A DNA stretch of 64,000 bases from Deinococcus sp. (GTDB lineage Bacteria; Deinococcota; Deinococci; Deinococcales; Deinococcaceae): positions 2,080,001 through 2,144,000 of the forward strand of contig OZ253375.1 of NCBI GenBank assembly GCA_965261005.1, written 5' to 3'. Every line of letters begins with the position of its first letter. The stretch's first letter is position 1. This document shows, piece by piece, positions 30,724 to 39,133 of the stretch. The notes beneath the pieces were generated by a model. It ran no database searches. It saw only the letters and a list, made by a program, of their open reading frames with translations, and had not been told where the DNA came from. Both the position numbers and the translations under genes were made by a program.

Positions 30724-31976
30724 AAGCGCACCTGCCCTTTCCCGAACGACAAGCCCGCGTCGCCTCCGAGCTGGGCGGCGCGTTCGCGCAGCCCCCGCAC
30801 ACCTCGCCCCTCGGCATGCCCCCGTTCATGAGCAGAAGGCGGGAGGGCGCAGACATTGGTCGCCTCAAAGCGCACCCCGCCAGGCTCGGCGCGCAGGCAG
30901 AGGGCAATGGCTTGCCCCGGCGCATGCTTTCCGGCGTTCGTGAGCGCTTCCTGGGCAGCGCGGTAGACCGCGAGCTTGCCCGCGCCGCTCAAGTCGGCGC
31001 TCACGTCCTCTAAGTGCAGGGTGACTTGGGCGCTGGGAACCTGAGCGCTGGGCGCCCAAACACGGACCAGCCGCTGCAACGCCAACCGAAGGTCGCCGTC
31101 CGCCCCTGCGGGCGCCCGCAGGACGTCCGGTTGCAGGGTATCGGGTTGCAGGGTGTCCACGGCGCGGCGCAAGTCGGTGAGGGCCTCAGCGTTGCGGTCC
31201 AGGGCGCGCGCCACGGCGGCGGCCTGCGCGCCCGTCAACGCCGCCGCGTCCTCGCTGAGAAGCTGCAAATCGAAGCGTTGCGCCGTGAGGTGGTGACCCA
31301 GCGTGTCGTGCAATTCGCGTGAAATGCGCGCGCGCTCTTCCACCGACGCGCGGCTCACTTCGAGATCGCGGTAGCGCGAAACTTCCCGGTGGCTGGCCGT
31401 GATCTCTTGGCGCGAACGGGCTTCGCGCAGCGCGAGTTCGAAGGTGAGCAGCAAGTAAGCGCCAAGCGCGCCCGCCGCAACGGTCAAGGTCAACACGTCC
31501 GGCGGCGACCTTCCCAGGCCCAACCCTCCCAGACTCGGGCGCCCCAAGTCGAGCAGCGCCGCCCCGCGTCCCCCAAACGAGATCAACAGCAGCGGCGCCA
31601 TCATCAGCACGCTGGCGACCGCCGCGCGCGTCAAACTCGTGCGGACGCGGAACACCAGCGGTAAGTACGCCAGCGCGAGAATTGGCGTGTAGTACAAGGT
31701 CAGCAGCGCCGTGGCCAGCGTGAGAACCGCGACGCTGATCCCAAAGGAGCGCCAAGCGGGCCGCACCAAGTCCACGCAGCGCAGCACGGCCAACACGACC
31801 AGCGCCGCCAATCCGGCGCGCACCAACACCGCCCAAGGATCGGAAAACGGCGCCTGCGCGCCGCGCCGCGCAAAGGGCGGCACGGTCAGGGTAAACAGCA
31901 GCACCAACGCGACGTTCAGCGACGCGAACAGCACCACGATTTTGGAGGCCGGGCTGAGAGGTACGAACCAACGCAT
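30690..31976 (-). CDS. Membrane sensor histidine kinase (HisKA_3 type)
   Basis: Several N-terminal TM segments; EERARISRELHDTLGHHL, YRAAQEALTNAGKHA, GRGVRGLRERA. Confidence 0.88.
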   Translation of the reverse strand: MRWFVPLSPASKIVVLFASLNVALVLLFTLTVPPFARRGAQAPFSDPWAVLVRAGLAALVVLAVLRCVDLVRPAWRSFGISVAVLTLATALLTLYYTPILALAYLPLVFRVRTSLTRAAVASVLMMAPLLLISFGGRGAALLDLGRPSLGGLGLGRSPPDVLTLTVAAGALGAYLLLTFELALREARSRQEITASHREVSRYRDLEVSRASVEERARISRELHDTLGHHLTAQRFDLQLLSEDAAALTGAQAAAVARALDRNAEALTDLRRAVDTLQPDTLQPDVLRAPAGADGDLRLALQRLVRVWAPSAQVPSAQVTLHLEDVSADLSGAGKLAVYRAAQEALTNAGKHAPGQAIALCLRAEPGGVRFEATNVCALPPSAHERGHAEGRGVRGLRERAAQLGGDAGLSFGKGQVRLWLTLPSRIRP

Positions 31977-32109
31977 GTCCCTCAAGTTTAGAACATCGTA
32001 TTGCCCGCGCCCACGCCGGCTAGGGCTGTTGTGGCTTTCCCCAAAAAGTGAGATGAACCAGATTCGCCGCCCCGCGCGGTTCGTAGCGTGCGGGCAAGAC
32101 GGGAGGCGC

Positions 32110-32430
32110 ATGAACAGTCAATTGGGAGACACCATTATCGCGCTGCAAGGCGGACTCGCCAACATCAACCTGGACGCGGCGCTGGACAACGTCGAGGGTT
32201 GGCAGACCCGGCTTGCGGGCGCCGAATTTCCGCATGCCGGCGACATACGGGACGGGCTGCGCGAATTGGCCGCGCTGCTGGCCGGCGAGGACTTGACGGG
32301 GACGGGCGATTTGCTGGCACGCCTGGGCCAGTTCACCGGCGCCAGCGCGGCGAACGCGCCCTCAGATGTGCGCGAGGACGTGGCCACGCTGGGCGAGTTG
32401 CTGACGCGCGCGGCCATTCAGCCCTTATGA
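32110..32430 (+). CDS. Small helical hypothetical protein, paralog 2
   Basis: GGGAGG RBS; 106 aa; starts MNSQL like paralog 1. Confidence 0.8.
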   Translation: MNSQLGDTIIALQGGLANINLDAALDNVEGWQTRLAGAEFPHAGDIRDGLRELAALLAGEDLTGTGDLLARLGQFTGASAANAPSDVREDVATLGELLTRAAIQPL

Positions 32431-32440
32431 GGAAGCAGAA

Positions 32441-32782
32441 ATGACGCAAGCGGCCGACCGACAGCTCGACGACACCATCGCCTTGTTGCAGGGCGACTTG
32501 GAAAGTGCCGACGTGGAGGGGGCCAGCGACCTCCTCGAACGCTGGCGCCGCACCCTCGCGCGCGCCGACTTCGAGGGAGCCGAGGAGTTGAGCGGCCTGC
32601 TCGCCCAACTGCAAGACCAACTGGAGGGCGACGAGGTGGGTCCCGGCGCCTTGACCGAACTGCTCACCGAACTGGCGGGGCTGACCCAAGACGCCGCCGA
32701 CAGCGCCGGCGAGGACCTGAGCGGCAAGCTGCAACTGCTGGCCGACTCGCTGGGCGACGCGGCCGACGGCCTAAACGGCTAA
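32441..32782 (+). CDS. Small acidic helical hypothetical protein, paralog 3
   Basis: GAGGA RBS; 113 aa; shares QLxxT...QGxL...W...LxxAxFxxA pattern with paralogs 1 and 2. Confidence 0.78.
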   Translation: MTQAADRQLDDTIALLQGDLESADVEGASDLLERWRRTLARADFEGAEELSGLLAQLQDQLEGDEVGPGALTELLTELAGLTQDAADSAGEDLSGKLQLLADSLGDAADGLNG

Positions 32783-32794
32783 AGCTCTGAACGG

Positions 32795-33562
32795 CTACAG
32801 CTGCGGGATTCGCTGCCGGGCCTCGTCCAGAAAATCGTGAAAGGTCAGGTCCAGCCGCACCGGCGTCACGCTGATAAAGCCGTCCTGAACGGCGCCGTAA
32901 TCGGTGCTGTCAGCGTACTCGGCCTTGGGCGTGCCGGCCACCCAGTAGTAATCGCGCCCGTCTGGGTCTTGGCGGCGCACAATCTGGTCCTCGTAGCGGT
33001 GGTCGGACAAGGTTGTGACCCGCACCCCCCTCGGCTGGCCCGCCGGAAAGTTGACGTTGAGCAGCGTTCTGGGCGGCAACCCATGGGAAAGCACCTCGCG
33101 CACCAGCTTGCCGGCGTAGGCCGCGCCGTGGGTGAAGTCGAGTTCCTCCCCCGGCGCGGTGGCCTGCGAAAAGGCGATGGCCGGTACCCCAAAGGCCAGG
33201 CCCTCGATGGCCGCCGCCACCGTGCCCGAGTGGGTCAGGTCGTTGCCGAGATTCGGCCCCAAGTTGATGCCCGACACCACCAAGTCCGGCGTGCCGGTCA
33301 GGTGAACGCCTAGAACTACGCAGTCGGCCGGGGTGCCGTCCACCCGGTAGGCCGGCATCTCGCCGAAGCCCGCCGCCGCCGTGTGCTTGAAGCGCAGCGG
33401 GCGCCGAATGGTGATGCCGTGTCCCACCGCCGACTGCTCGACGTCGGGGGCGACCACGGTGACGTTGCCAACGTCGCGCAGCGCCAGCGCCAGCGCCTTG
33501 ATGCCCGGCGAAAAGATGCCGTCGTCGTTCGCGACGAGGATGTTTGGAAGGGGTTGGGTCAC
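32795..33562 (-). CDS. surE: 5'/3'-nucleotidase SurE
   Basis: ILVANDDG, VVAPDVEQS, DGTPADCV, SGINLGPNLG, HSGTVAAA; TACACT 6 nt before GTG. Confidence 0.95.
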   Translation of the reverse strand: MTQPLPNILVANDDGIFSPGIKALALALRDVGNVTVVAPDVEQSAVGHGITIRRPLRFKHTAAAGFGEMPAYRVDGTPADCVVLGVHLTGTPDLVVSGINLGPNLGNDLTHSGTVAAAIEGLAFGVPAIAFSQATAPGEELDFTHGAAYAGKLVREVLSHGLPPRTLLNVNFPAGQPRGVRVTTLSDHRYEDQIVRRQDPDGRDYYWVAGTPKAEYADSTDYGAVQDGFISVTPVRLDLTFHDFLDEARQRIPQL

Positions 33563-33611
33563 CGGGGCAGTGTAGAGAATTTGGGGAAGCGTTGCCGGAG
33601 TTTCGGCGCGC

Positions 33612-33741
33612 TCACGTCCATAAGTCAATGGCGTACTCGCGCCTGTAGTCGTGCGGCTTGCCCAGCAGCCGGCCATCCGCGGTCAGCGAGGCGGCGATGA
33701 CGGACGCCCTCTAAACCTCGCTCGGTGATGTCCGTGGTCAT
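33612..33741 (-). pseudogene. Degraded 5' fragment resembling type I restriction subunit HsdR
   Basis: Removing a 4-bp duplication (GACG x2 at 33699-33706) gives MTTDITERGLEGVIAASLTADGRLLGKPHDYRREYAIDLWT*, resembling HsdR N-termini (TD.SE.GLE..I.....DY.REYA.D). Confidence 0.55.
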
Positions 33742-33763
33742 CGGTCACGCCCCCGCGCCAGCT

Positions 33764-34192
33764 TCATACCATTTCTTGGCGGTTCAGCAGCGCCCCAGCA
33801 ACCGCTGCGAGGTCGGCGTCAAAGGTCAGAAAGCGGATGTCCTGGTGCGCCCGGGCCTCCAGCGCCGAGGCCAGGTGCAGCGCGTCCATGGCCCGCAGCC
33901 GGGGATGGGCGACCACCAGCGTGCCCGCCCGCCGGTACACTGCCGGGGTGACGTCAACCTCGTTGACCGCGCGCCAATCCTCCTCGAAGTTGGCCACGAT
34001 CCGGTCGTGCTGCTCGTCACTCAGTTCGCCGGATGATCGGCGGCGCGCAAACACCGCCCGCGCCTCGGGATAAGCGATCACGCTGGTCACCACCTTGCCC
34101 ACCTCCGCGATCAGGCCAGCCACGCGGTCTTGCCCGGGTTCGTTGACGTACAGCTTCGCCAGGGCGCTGGTATCCAGGTACGCCAAGGTCAC
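33764..34192 (-). CDS. vapC: PIN-domain (VapC-like) toxin
   Basis: AYLDTSALAKLYVNE, AYPEARA, LRAMDALHLASA, FLTFD acidic PIN residues. Confidence 0.9.
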   Translation of the reverse strand: MTLAYLDTSALAKLYVNEPGQDRVAGLIAEVGKVVTSVIAYPEARAVFARRRSSGELSDEQHDRIVANFEEDWRAVNEVDVTPAVYRRAGTLVVAHPRLRAMDALHLASALEARAHQDIRFLTFDADLAAVAGALLNRQEMV

Positions 34193-34560
34193 GCTTGGTC
34201 CCGGCCACGTCCCTGGGCCACCAACACCTCGCTGGGGATGCCGACGGGCGGTTGCCCCCCGCGTGGCCTCAAATGGAAGGTCTTCAAGTTCCGTGTGTCC
34301 AGCGCGGGGCGCTCTGGATCGCCGTGCAGGGGTGTGGGGTCATGCACCACTTCCAGCAGGTCGGCCAGCTCCACGCGCCGCCCGGTCAGCTTTTCCAGCC
34401 CGGCCATCACCGCCTCCAGCGTCTCCAGGCTGGGCCGCCGCTTGCCGGTATACATGTCGTTGATGGTGGCGTAGCGCACCCCAGACCCCTCGGCCAGTTG
34501 CTTGCGGTTCAGACGATGGTGTGCCAGCAGTTCGGGCAACAGGACACGAATCTGGGTCAT
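34189..34560 (-). CDS. XRE/Cro-C1 HTH protein, probable antitoxin
   Basis: LPELLAHHRLNRKQLAEGSGVRYATINDMYTG...PSLETL; GTGA overlap with vapC; TATGCT 6 nt before ATG. Confidence 0.8.
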   Translation of the reverse strand: MTQIRVLLPELLAHHRLNRKQLAEGSGVRYATINDMYTGKRRPSLETLEAVMAGLEKLTGRRVELADLLEVVHDPTPLHGDPERPALDTRNLKTFHLRPRGGQPPVGIPSEVLVAQGRGRDQA

Positions 34561-34671
34561 GCGGAGAGCATAGACGGTTTGGCGTCACTAGGAAGCGGTA
34601 AGTCGTCACGCTGGAGGTCAGATGCACATGTGAGCCTGATACTCCATCAAGCAGCCGTCAAGCAATGTGTG

Positions 34672-34807
34672 ATACGGATTCCGCTTCCTTTCTCAACATC
34701 GGGAAAAACGCCCAATGTTGCTCCAGACCGCAGAATCCGTATCTTTTTCCTATCCGCTCCGCTGGAAACTCAGTCAACGAAGTTGACTGAGTTTCCGGAA
34801 TCCGTAT
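34672..34807 (+). repeat. Small intergenic repeat, copy D (best conserved)
   Basis: Perfect 12-bp terminal IR ATACGGATTCCG/CGGAATCCGTAT; internal CAGAATCCGTAT; core CCTATCCGCTCCGCTGG; hairpin GGAAACTCAGTCAAC-GAA-GTTGACTGAGTTTCC. Confidence 0.92.
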
Positions 34808-34923
34808 GGCATTGAGAATACCGTCCCAGGGTTGTGGCAAGTTATCGGCTGTAAAGGAGCGGCAGGGCAACCGCAAAGTCGGCACAGAATCCCTTCTCTC
34901 TCCGGGATCTTGCGGTTACCCTG

Positions 34924-35835
34924 TTACCCCTGCGCCACCAGCGCCGCGCCGATCACGCCGGCGTCGCTGCCGAGCTGCGCCCTCAACAACTTCACGGGGG
35001 CGAAGCCGGCCGCGAATTCGTTGGCGTGGCGCTGCACGCCCTCGAAGAAGTAGGTGCCCACCTCCGAGACGCCGCCGCCCAGCACGAAGACCTCCGGGTC
35101 GAGGAACTTCTGCACGTCGGCGAGGGCCATGCCCAGGTAGCGCAACGCCCCCTGCACGATCCGCTCTGCCTTGGGATCACCGCTCTGAGCCAAGTCGAAG
35201 ACCTCGGCCGTGGTCATGGGCGTACCGTAGGCGTAGCTGGCGTCGCGGGCGATGGCGGTGCCGCTGGCGACCGCCTCAAGGGCGCCCACCACGCCGCTGC
35301 CGGCGAGCGGCCCCCCCGGCAGGGCGACCACGTGGCCGAGTTCGCCGGCGATCTTGTTGAAGCCGCGCCACAGCTGTCCGCCCAGCACGATGCCGCTGCC
35401 GATGCCGGTGGAAATGGTGACGTACACGCTGCTGCTGGCCGCACGCGCCGCGCCCACGCGGTCCTCGGCCAAGGCGGCGGCCTTGGCGTCGTTCTCGATG
35501 AACAGCTGCTCGCCCAGCCGATCACGCAGGTACGCGAGAATCGGCACGTCGCGGAAGCCGTAGATGTTGGGCGCGAACTTGACCTCGCTGTAGTCGTGGT
35601 TGAGGGGACCGGGCACGCCCACACCCACCGCACGCGCCTCCGGAAACTCGCGCCGCAGTTCCAGCGCGGCCAGCGCCACGGCGTCCAGCACGCTGCGCCA
35701 CCCCTCCCTGGGCGTCGGCAGCGCGCGCCGGGTCAGCAGCCGCCCGTCGCGCAGGGCGCCGTAGGCGATCTTGGTGCCGCCCACGTCCACGCCAATGGTC
35801 ATCAGGGCGCCGTTCGTTCCCAGACTGTCCGTCAT
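34924..35835 (-). CDS. ROK-family sugar kinase (glucokinase-like)
   Basis: IGVDVGGTKI, ENDAKAAALAE, STGIGSG, GELGH, LEAVASG. Confidence 0.9.
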   Translation of the reverse strand: MTDSLGTNGALMTIGVDVGGTKIAYGALRDGRLLTRRALPTPREGWRSVLDAVALAALELRREFPEARAVGVGVPGPLNHDYSEVKFAPNIYGFRDVPILAYLRDRLGEQLFIENDAKAAALAEDRVGAARAASSSVYVTISTGIGSGIVLGGQLWRGFNKIAGELGHVVALPGGPLAGSGVVGALEAVASGTAIARDASYAYGTPMTTAEVFDLAQSGDPKAERIVQGALRYLGMALADVQKFLDPEVFVLGGGVSEVGTYFFEGVQRHANEFAAGFAPVKLLRAQLGSDAGVIGAALVAQG

Positions 35836-36086
35836 CCCTCACCCTCCAGCAGGAACAGCGCCCGCGCCTCCTGCACCTGCGGCACGTACAACCCCACGTC
35901 CCCTTGGTAACCGCCGGTCTCGATCTCGATGACGGGCGTGTAGATCACCCACTGAAAGGGGGTTCGCAGCACGCTCACCACGCCGCCCCCCGCCAGCAAG
36001 CTGCGAAAGGTCTCGGCGATGGGACGCGGAAACTCCCCCACCATCACCCAGGGGTCCCCCTGAAACTGCACTACTGGGCGGTCCAC
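35832..36086 (-). CDS. Small hypothetical protein
   Basis: Overlaps both neighbours in an apparent operon; 84 aa; GC-ending codon usage. Confidence 0.65.
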   Translation of the reverse strand: MDRPVVQFQGDPWVMVGEFPRPIAETFRSLLAGGGVVSVLRTPFQWVIYTPVIEIETGGYQGDVGLYVPQVQEARALFLLEGEG

Positions 36087-36466
36087 TGCAAGCTCTCCTC
36101 AAGCCCGGCGCGCGCCAAGTCGGGCAGCGGGGCGGGGCGGCGGCCTCCCCCCGTGACGTGGACCTGCACCGTGCGCGCCTCGGCGGCCACGTCATCCTCG
36201 GCCAGCACCCGGTAGGCCAAGTCGAAGGAGGAGCGGCCCACCCGCGCCACGGCCACCTCGACCCGCACCCTTTGGCGCAGACGCACCTCGCGGCGATAAT
36301 CCATCTCCAGGCGGGCGATCACGGTGGACAGCTCAAATTGCTGTAAGTAGGCCATCCGCGCGGTTTCCAGGTACTGCGCGTAGGCGACGTTGTTGACGTG
36401 GCCGACTGAGTCCACGTCGCCGAAGCGCATTTGAATGTCGGTGCGGTGTGCCCGCGGCCAGTTCAT
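36071..36466 (-). CDS. Acyl-CoA thioesterase (4HBT/YbgC family)
   Basis: RFGDVDSVGHVNNVAYAQYLETAR, VGRSSF. Confidence 0.9.
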   Translation of the reverse strand: MNWPRAHRTDIQMRFGDVDSVGHVNNVAYAQYLETARMAYLQQFELSTVIARLEMDYRREVRLRQRVRVEVAVARVGRSSFDLAYRVLAEDDVAAEARTVQVHVTGGGRRPAPLPDLARAGLEESLQWTAQ

Positions 36467-36603
36467 AACAATTCCGGAGCATTCCTGACCGTAGGGAAGG
36501 AATGCTCCAGCGGAGCGGATAGGAACGGCGTGCGGATTTCGGGAATTGAAGTGCGGGCGAGTGCCGTTCTCGACCGCACGGAAATGGACGGAATGCGCGT
36601 CAT
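36467..36603 (-). repeat. Small intergenic repeat, reverse copy E
   Basis: TCCAGCGGAGCGGATAGGAA is the exact reverse complement of the copy D core; preceded by GGAGCATTCCT/AGGAATGCTCC hairpin. Confidence 0.8.
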
Positions 36604-36640
36604 GAGGTGCAGTGTAGCGCCGCCGCTGTACACTCGGTTC

Positions 36641-36961
36641 ATGAAGCGCCCGCCCATCCTGATGATCATCGCCAGCGTGCTGGCGGGCCTGGGCATCGTG
36701 CAGATGACCTTTCTGGTCGGACAGAGCCTATACCGCACGGTCAGCTGGAGCGCCCAGTCCCGCGCTTTGCACGCGGAAAACGACCAGCTGAGGCGGGACA
36801 TCGGCGTGCTGGAAATGGTGCGCGCCCACCTGAACGACCCGGACTACCTGCGCGAGCTGGCCCGCTGCCAAGGCTTCGTGGGCGAGGGGGAACAAGTCGT
36901 GCTGGCCGAGAACGCCCGCATGCCCGAGAACGGCAACTGCGACAAGGTCGAGCTGCCGTAA
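36641..36961 (+). CDS. Septum formation initiator (FtsB/DivIC-like)
   Basis: N-terminal TM, coiled coil, DPDYLRELARCQGFVGEGE; TACACT 6 nt before ATG. Confidence 0.75.
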   Translation: MKRPPILMIIASVLAGLGIVQMTFLVGQSLYRTVSWSAQSRALHAENDQLRRDIGVLEMVRAHLNDPDYLRELARCQGFVGEGEQVVLAENARMPENGNCDKVELP

Positions 36962-37019
36962 GATTAAGGCCCGGCCCGGACAAGACACAAGCCGGACAGG
37001 ACACAAGGAGGAGAACCGT

Positions 37020-37520
37020 ATGTCCGAGGACCTGCATACCGTGATGCGCGCCGTTCACATCGCCCTGGGAGGGGCCGGCTTCGTGTTGGGCGCCCTCGCC
37101 GCCCTGCTGCCCAAGTTCGGTGCGCGGGCCAGCCTTCACCGCTTGGTCGGGCGCATCTACGGCGTCAGCATGTTGGGCGTGGGCGCGCTGTCAGTGCCGC
37201 TCGCTGCGAACCAGGGCAACGTCTTGCTGGTGTTTCTCGGCGCGCTCACCTTCGGGTACGTCGTCGTCGGCTGGCTGGCCATTCGGCGCGCCCGCCTCAC
37301 GGCCGCACCCAAAGGGCGGCGAAACCTGACCGGGCTGCACATCGTCATGATGGGTTCGTCGTATGGCGCTGCGTGGACGGCCTTTTTGTTGAATGTGCAG
37401 CCGCTGGGCGAGGGCGGCTGGCTGTTCTGGCTATACGCCTTTTCGCCGTCGCTGGTCGCCTTTGTGCTGATTTCCCGCTCTTTGCGGCAACAGGCGCGCC
37501 CACTCATCACCGCCCGTTAA
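37020..37520 (+). CDS. DUF2306-like membrane protein
   Basis: VHIALG, LHRLVGRIY, HIVMMGSSY...TAFL His-containing TM pattern; AGGAGG RBS. Confidence 0.72.
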   Translation: MSEDLHTVMRAVHIALGGAGFVLGALAALLPKFGARASLHRLVGRIYGVSMLGVGALSVPLAANQGNVLLVFLGALTFGYVVVGWLAIRRARLTAAPKGRRNLTGLHIVMMGSSYGAAWTAFLLNVQPLGEGGWLFWLYAFSPSLVAFVLISRSLRQQARPLITAR

Positions 37521-38488
37521 CGCCGTCCGAACACCTGGGTCCAGTAGCGGCCCAGCGGGCTGCCGCCCCGCGCGGCGTAGGCGAGGCCGATCTCGGCGTA
37601 GTCGCCCATGACGTTGTGGCAATGGCCGGGGCTGTTCAGCCAGGCCCCCACGACCTCCTGCGGGGTGCGCTGGCCGCCGGCCAGGTTCTCGCCCACCGAG
37701 CGCCACGGGTAGCCCGCCGCGTGCGCCCGCTCGCCCACGTCGCTGCCGTCAAGCGGTGAGGTGTGGGCGAAGTAGCCGTTCAGGGCCATCGCGCTCGACT
37801 GCGCGCGGGCGGCCACGTCCAGAACCGCGCTGCGGGAGAGCGGCGGCAGCGCCTTGCCGCCGAACCGCTTGAGGGCGCAGTCCCAGCCCTGTGCCCGGGC
37901 TTGGTTGGTCAGGCGCAGCACCTCCGAGTCGAAGGGCGCGCTGGTCTCCACTGGGCCGCTGACAAAGCGCACCTCGCGCGTGAGCGGCCCGCTTCGCCCG
38001 CCGATGTCGAGCCGCAACAGGTGGGGGCCGCCAAGCAGCGCGGCGCGCCCCGCCACGGGATGGCCGTCCAGCGTCCAGCGCGGCGTGAAGGGCGCGTAGA
38101 CCCGGCTGGCCTGGGCGCCGAAGGTGGCGCCGTCGCCGCTCTCCAGCAAGGTGATCTGGGCGCGCTCGGGGCCGGCGTCCCCCGCCGTGACGCTCAGCGC
38201 GGCGGCGCTGTGCACGCTGCCGGTCACGATGACCTTCACTTGATAGCGGCCGGGCTGCCAGTAGGTGTGGCTGGGGGCGCTGCCCTCGCCGGTCTGCCCG
38301 TCGCCGAAGTCCCAAGCTACCCGCGCGCCCGGCGGCATCCGCGCCTCGAAGGTAACGGCCAGGGGCGCGAGGCCGTCGGCGGCGGCGCGGTAGCCGACGC
38401 CGTAGGAGGGCTGAGCGGCTGAACTTCGGGCGCTGCCCAAGCAGATGAGCGCGGCGAGCAGCAGGGGAAAGCGGGGAGAGGAGGACAT
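37517..38488 (-). CDS. Secreted PKD + CAP domain protein
   Basis: Signal peptide; WDFGDG...HTY.QPGRY PKD; VLRLTNQAR, GENLAGGQ, WLNSPGHC, YWTQVFG CAP. Confidence 0.9.
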   Translation of the reverse strand: MSSSPRFPLLLAALICLGSARSSAAQPSYGVGYRAAADGLAPLAVTFEARMPPGARVAWDFGDGQTGEGSAPSHTYWQPGRYQVKVIVTGSVHSAAALSVTAGDAGPERAQITLLESGDGATFGAQASRVYAPFTPRWTLDGHPVAGRAALLGGPHLLRLDIGGRSGPLTREVRFVSGPVETSAPFDSEVLRLTNQARAQGWDCALKRFGGKALPPLSRSAVLDVAARAQSSAMALNGYFAHTSPLDGSDVGERAHAAGYPWRSVGENLAGGQRTPQEVVGAWLNSPGHCHNVMGDYAEIGLAYAARGGSPLGRYWTQVFGRR

Positions 38489-38563
38489 GCCAACTTCAGT
38501 GTAGTGGAGCTTCCTTTGGCGGGCATTCGGCATTCTCCAGACTCCCCGCAACGGCGTTCAGGA

Positions 38564-39133
38564 TCATGCGTTCTCCGGTGACGAGGGCCTGGGCAGCGTC
38601 CGGTTTGTCGGCGGCCGAACGGGCCGGGCGGCGAGGCGCTGTTTCAGGACGGGCACAATGGCTTCCAGAGGGGGCTGAAGTGCCACCTGCTCCAGCGGCA
38701 GCAGGCTCAGGCGGTAGACCCGGCCCCGGTCCTTGCCTTGGCCCGTGACACGGTGTTTTGCGGGAAAGGACGTATCAGAGGGCAGCGCGCCCCAAAACAC
38801 CTCCCAGACCTCGCGCCGCCTCTTCTTGCCGCGTCTGACTTCCAGACAGGTGAGCGGTTCGAGCGCTTCCGGCCGCAAGCCCGATTCCTCTAAACACTCG
38901 CGGTACGCCGCCTCCAGCGGATCTTCCGTGCGCCCGACCTGGCCCTTGGGCAGCTCCAAGCGGTCGGCCGGACGCTCTCCCTCCATTCGCCGCATCACCA
39001 GCAGGCGCTCGCCGGACACCAGGCACACCACCGCCCGCCGCACAGTGGGGCGTGGCTTCCCCTTGCGGCGGGCGAGGGCCAACAGGAGCAACGCGGCCAG
39101 CGCGATCAACACCACAACGAAGAGGCTGCTCAC
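38564..39133 (-). CDS. Membrane-anchored NUDIX protein
   Basis: N-terminal TM; LPKGQVGRTEDPLEAAYRECLEESGL; GTGA overlap with the GMC gene. Confidence 0.75.
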   Translation of the reverse strand: MSSLFVVVLIALAALLLLALARRKGKPRPTVRRAVVCLVSGERLLVMRRMEGERPADRLELPKGQVGRTEDPLEAAYRECLEESGLRPEALEPLTCLEVRRGKKRRREVWEVFWGALPSDTSFPAKHRVTGQGKDRGRVYRLSLLPLEQVALQPPLEAIVPVLKQRLAARPVRPPTNRTLPRPSSPENA

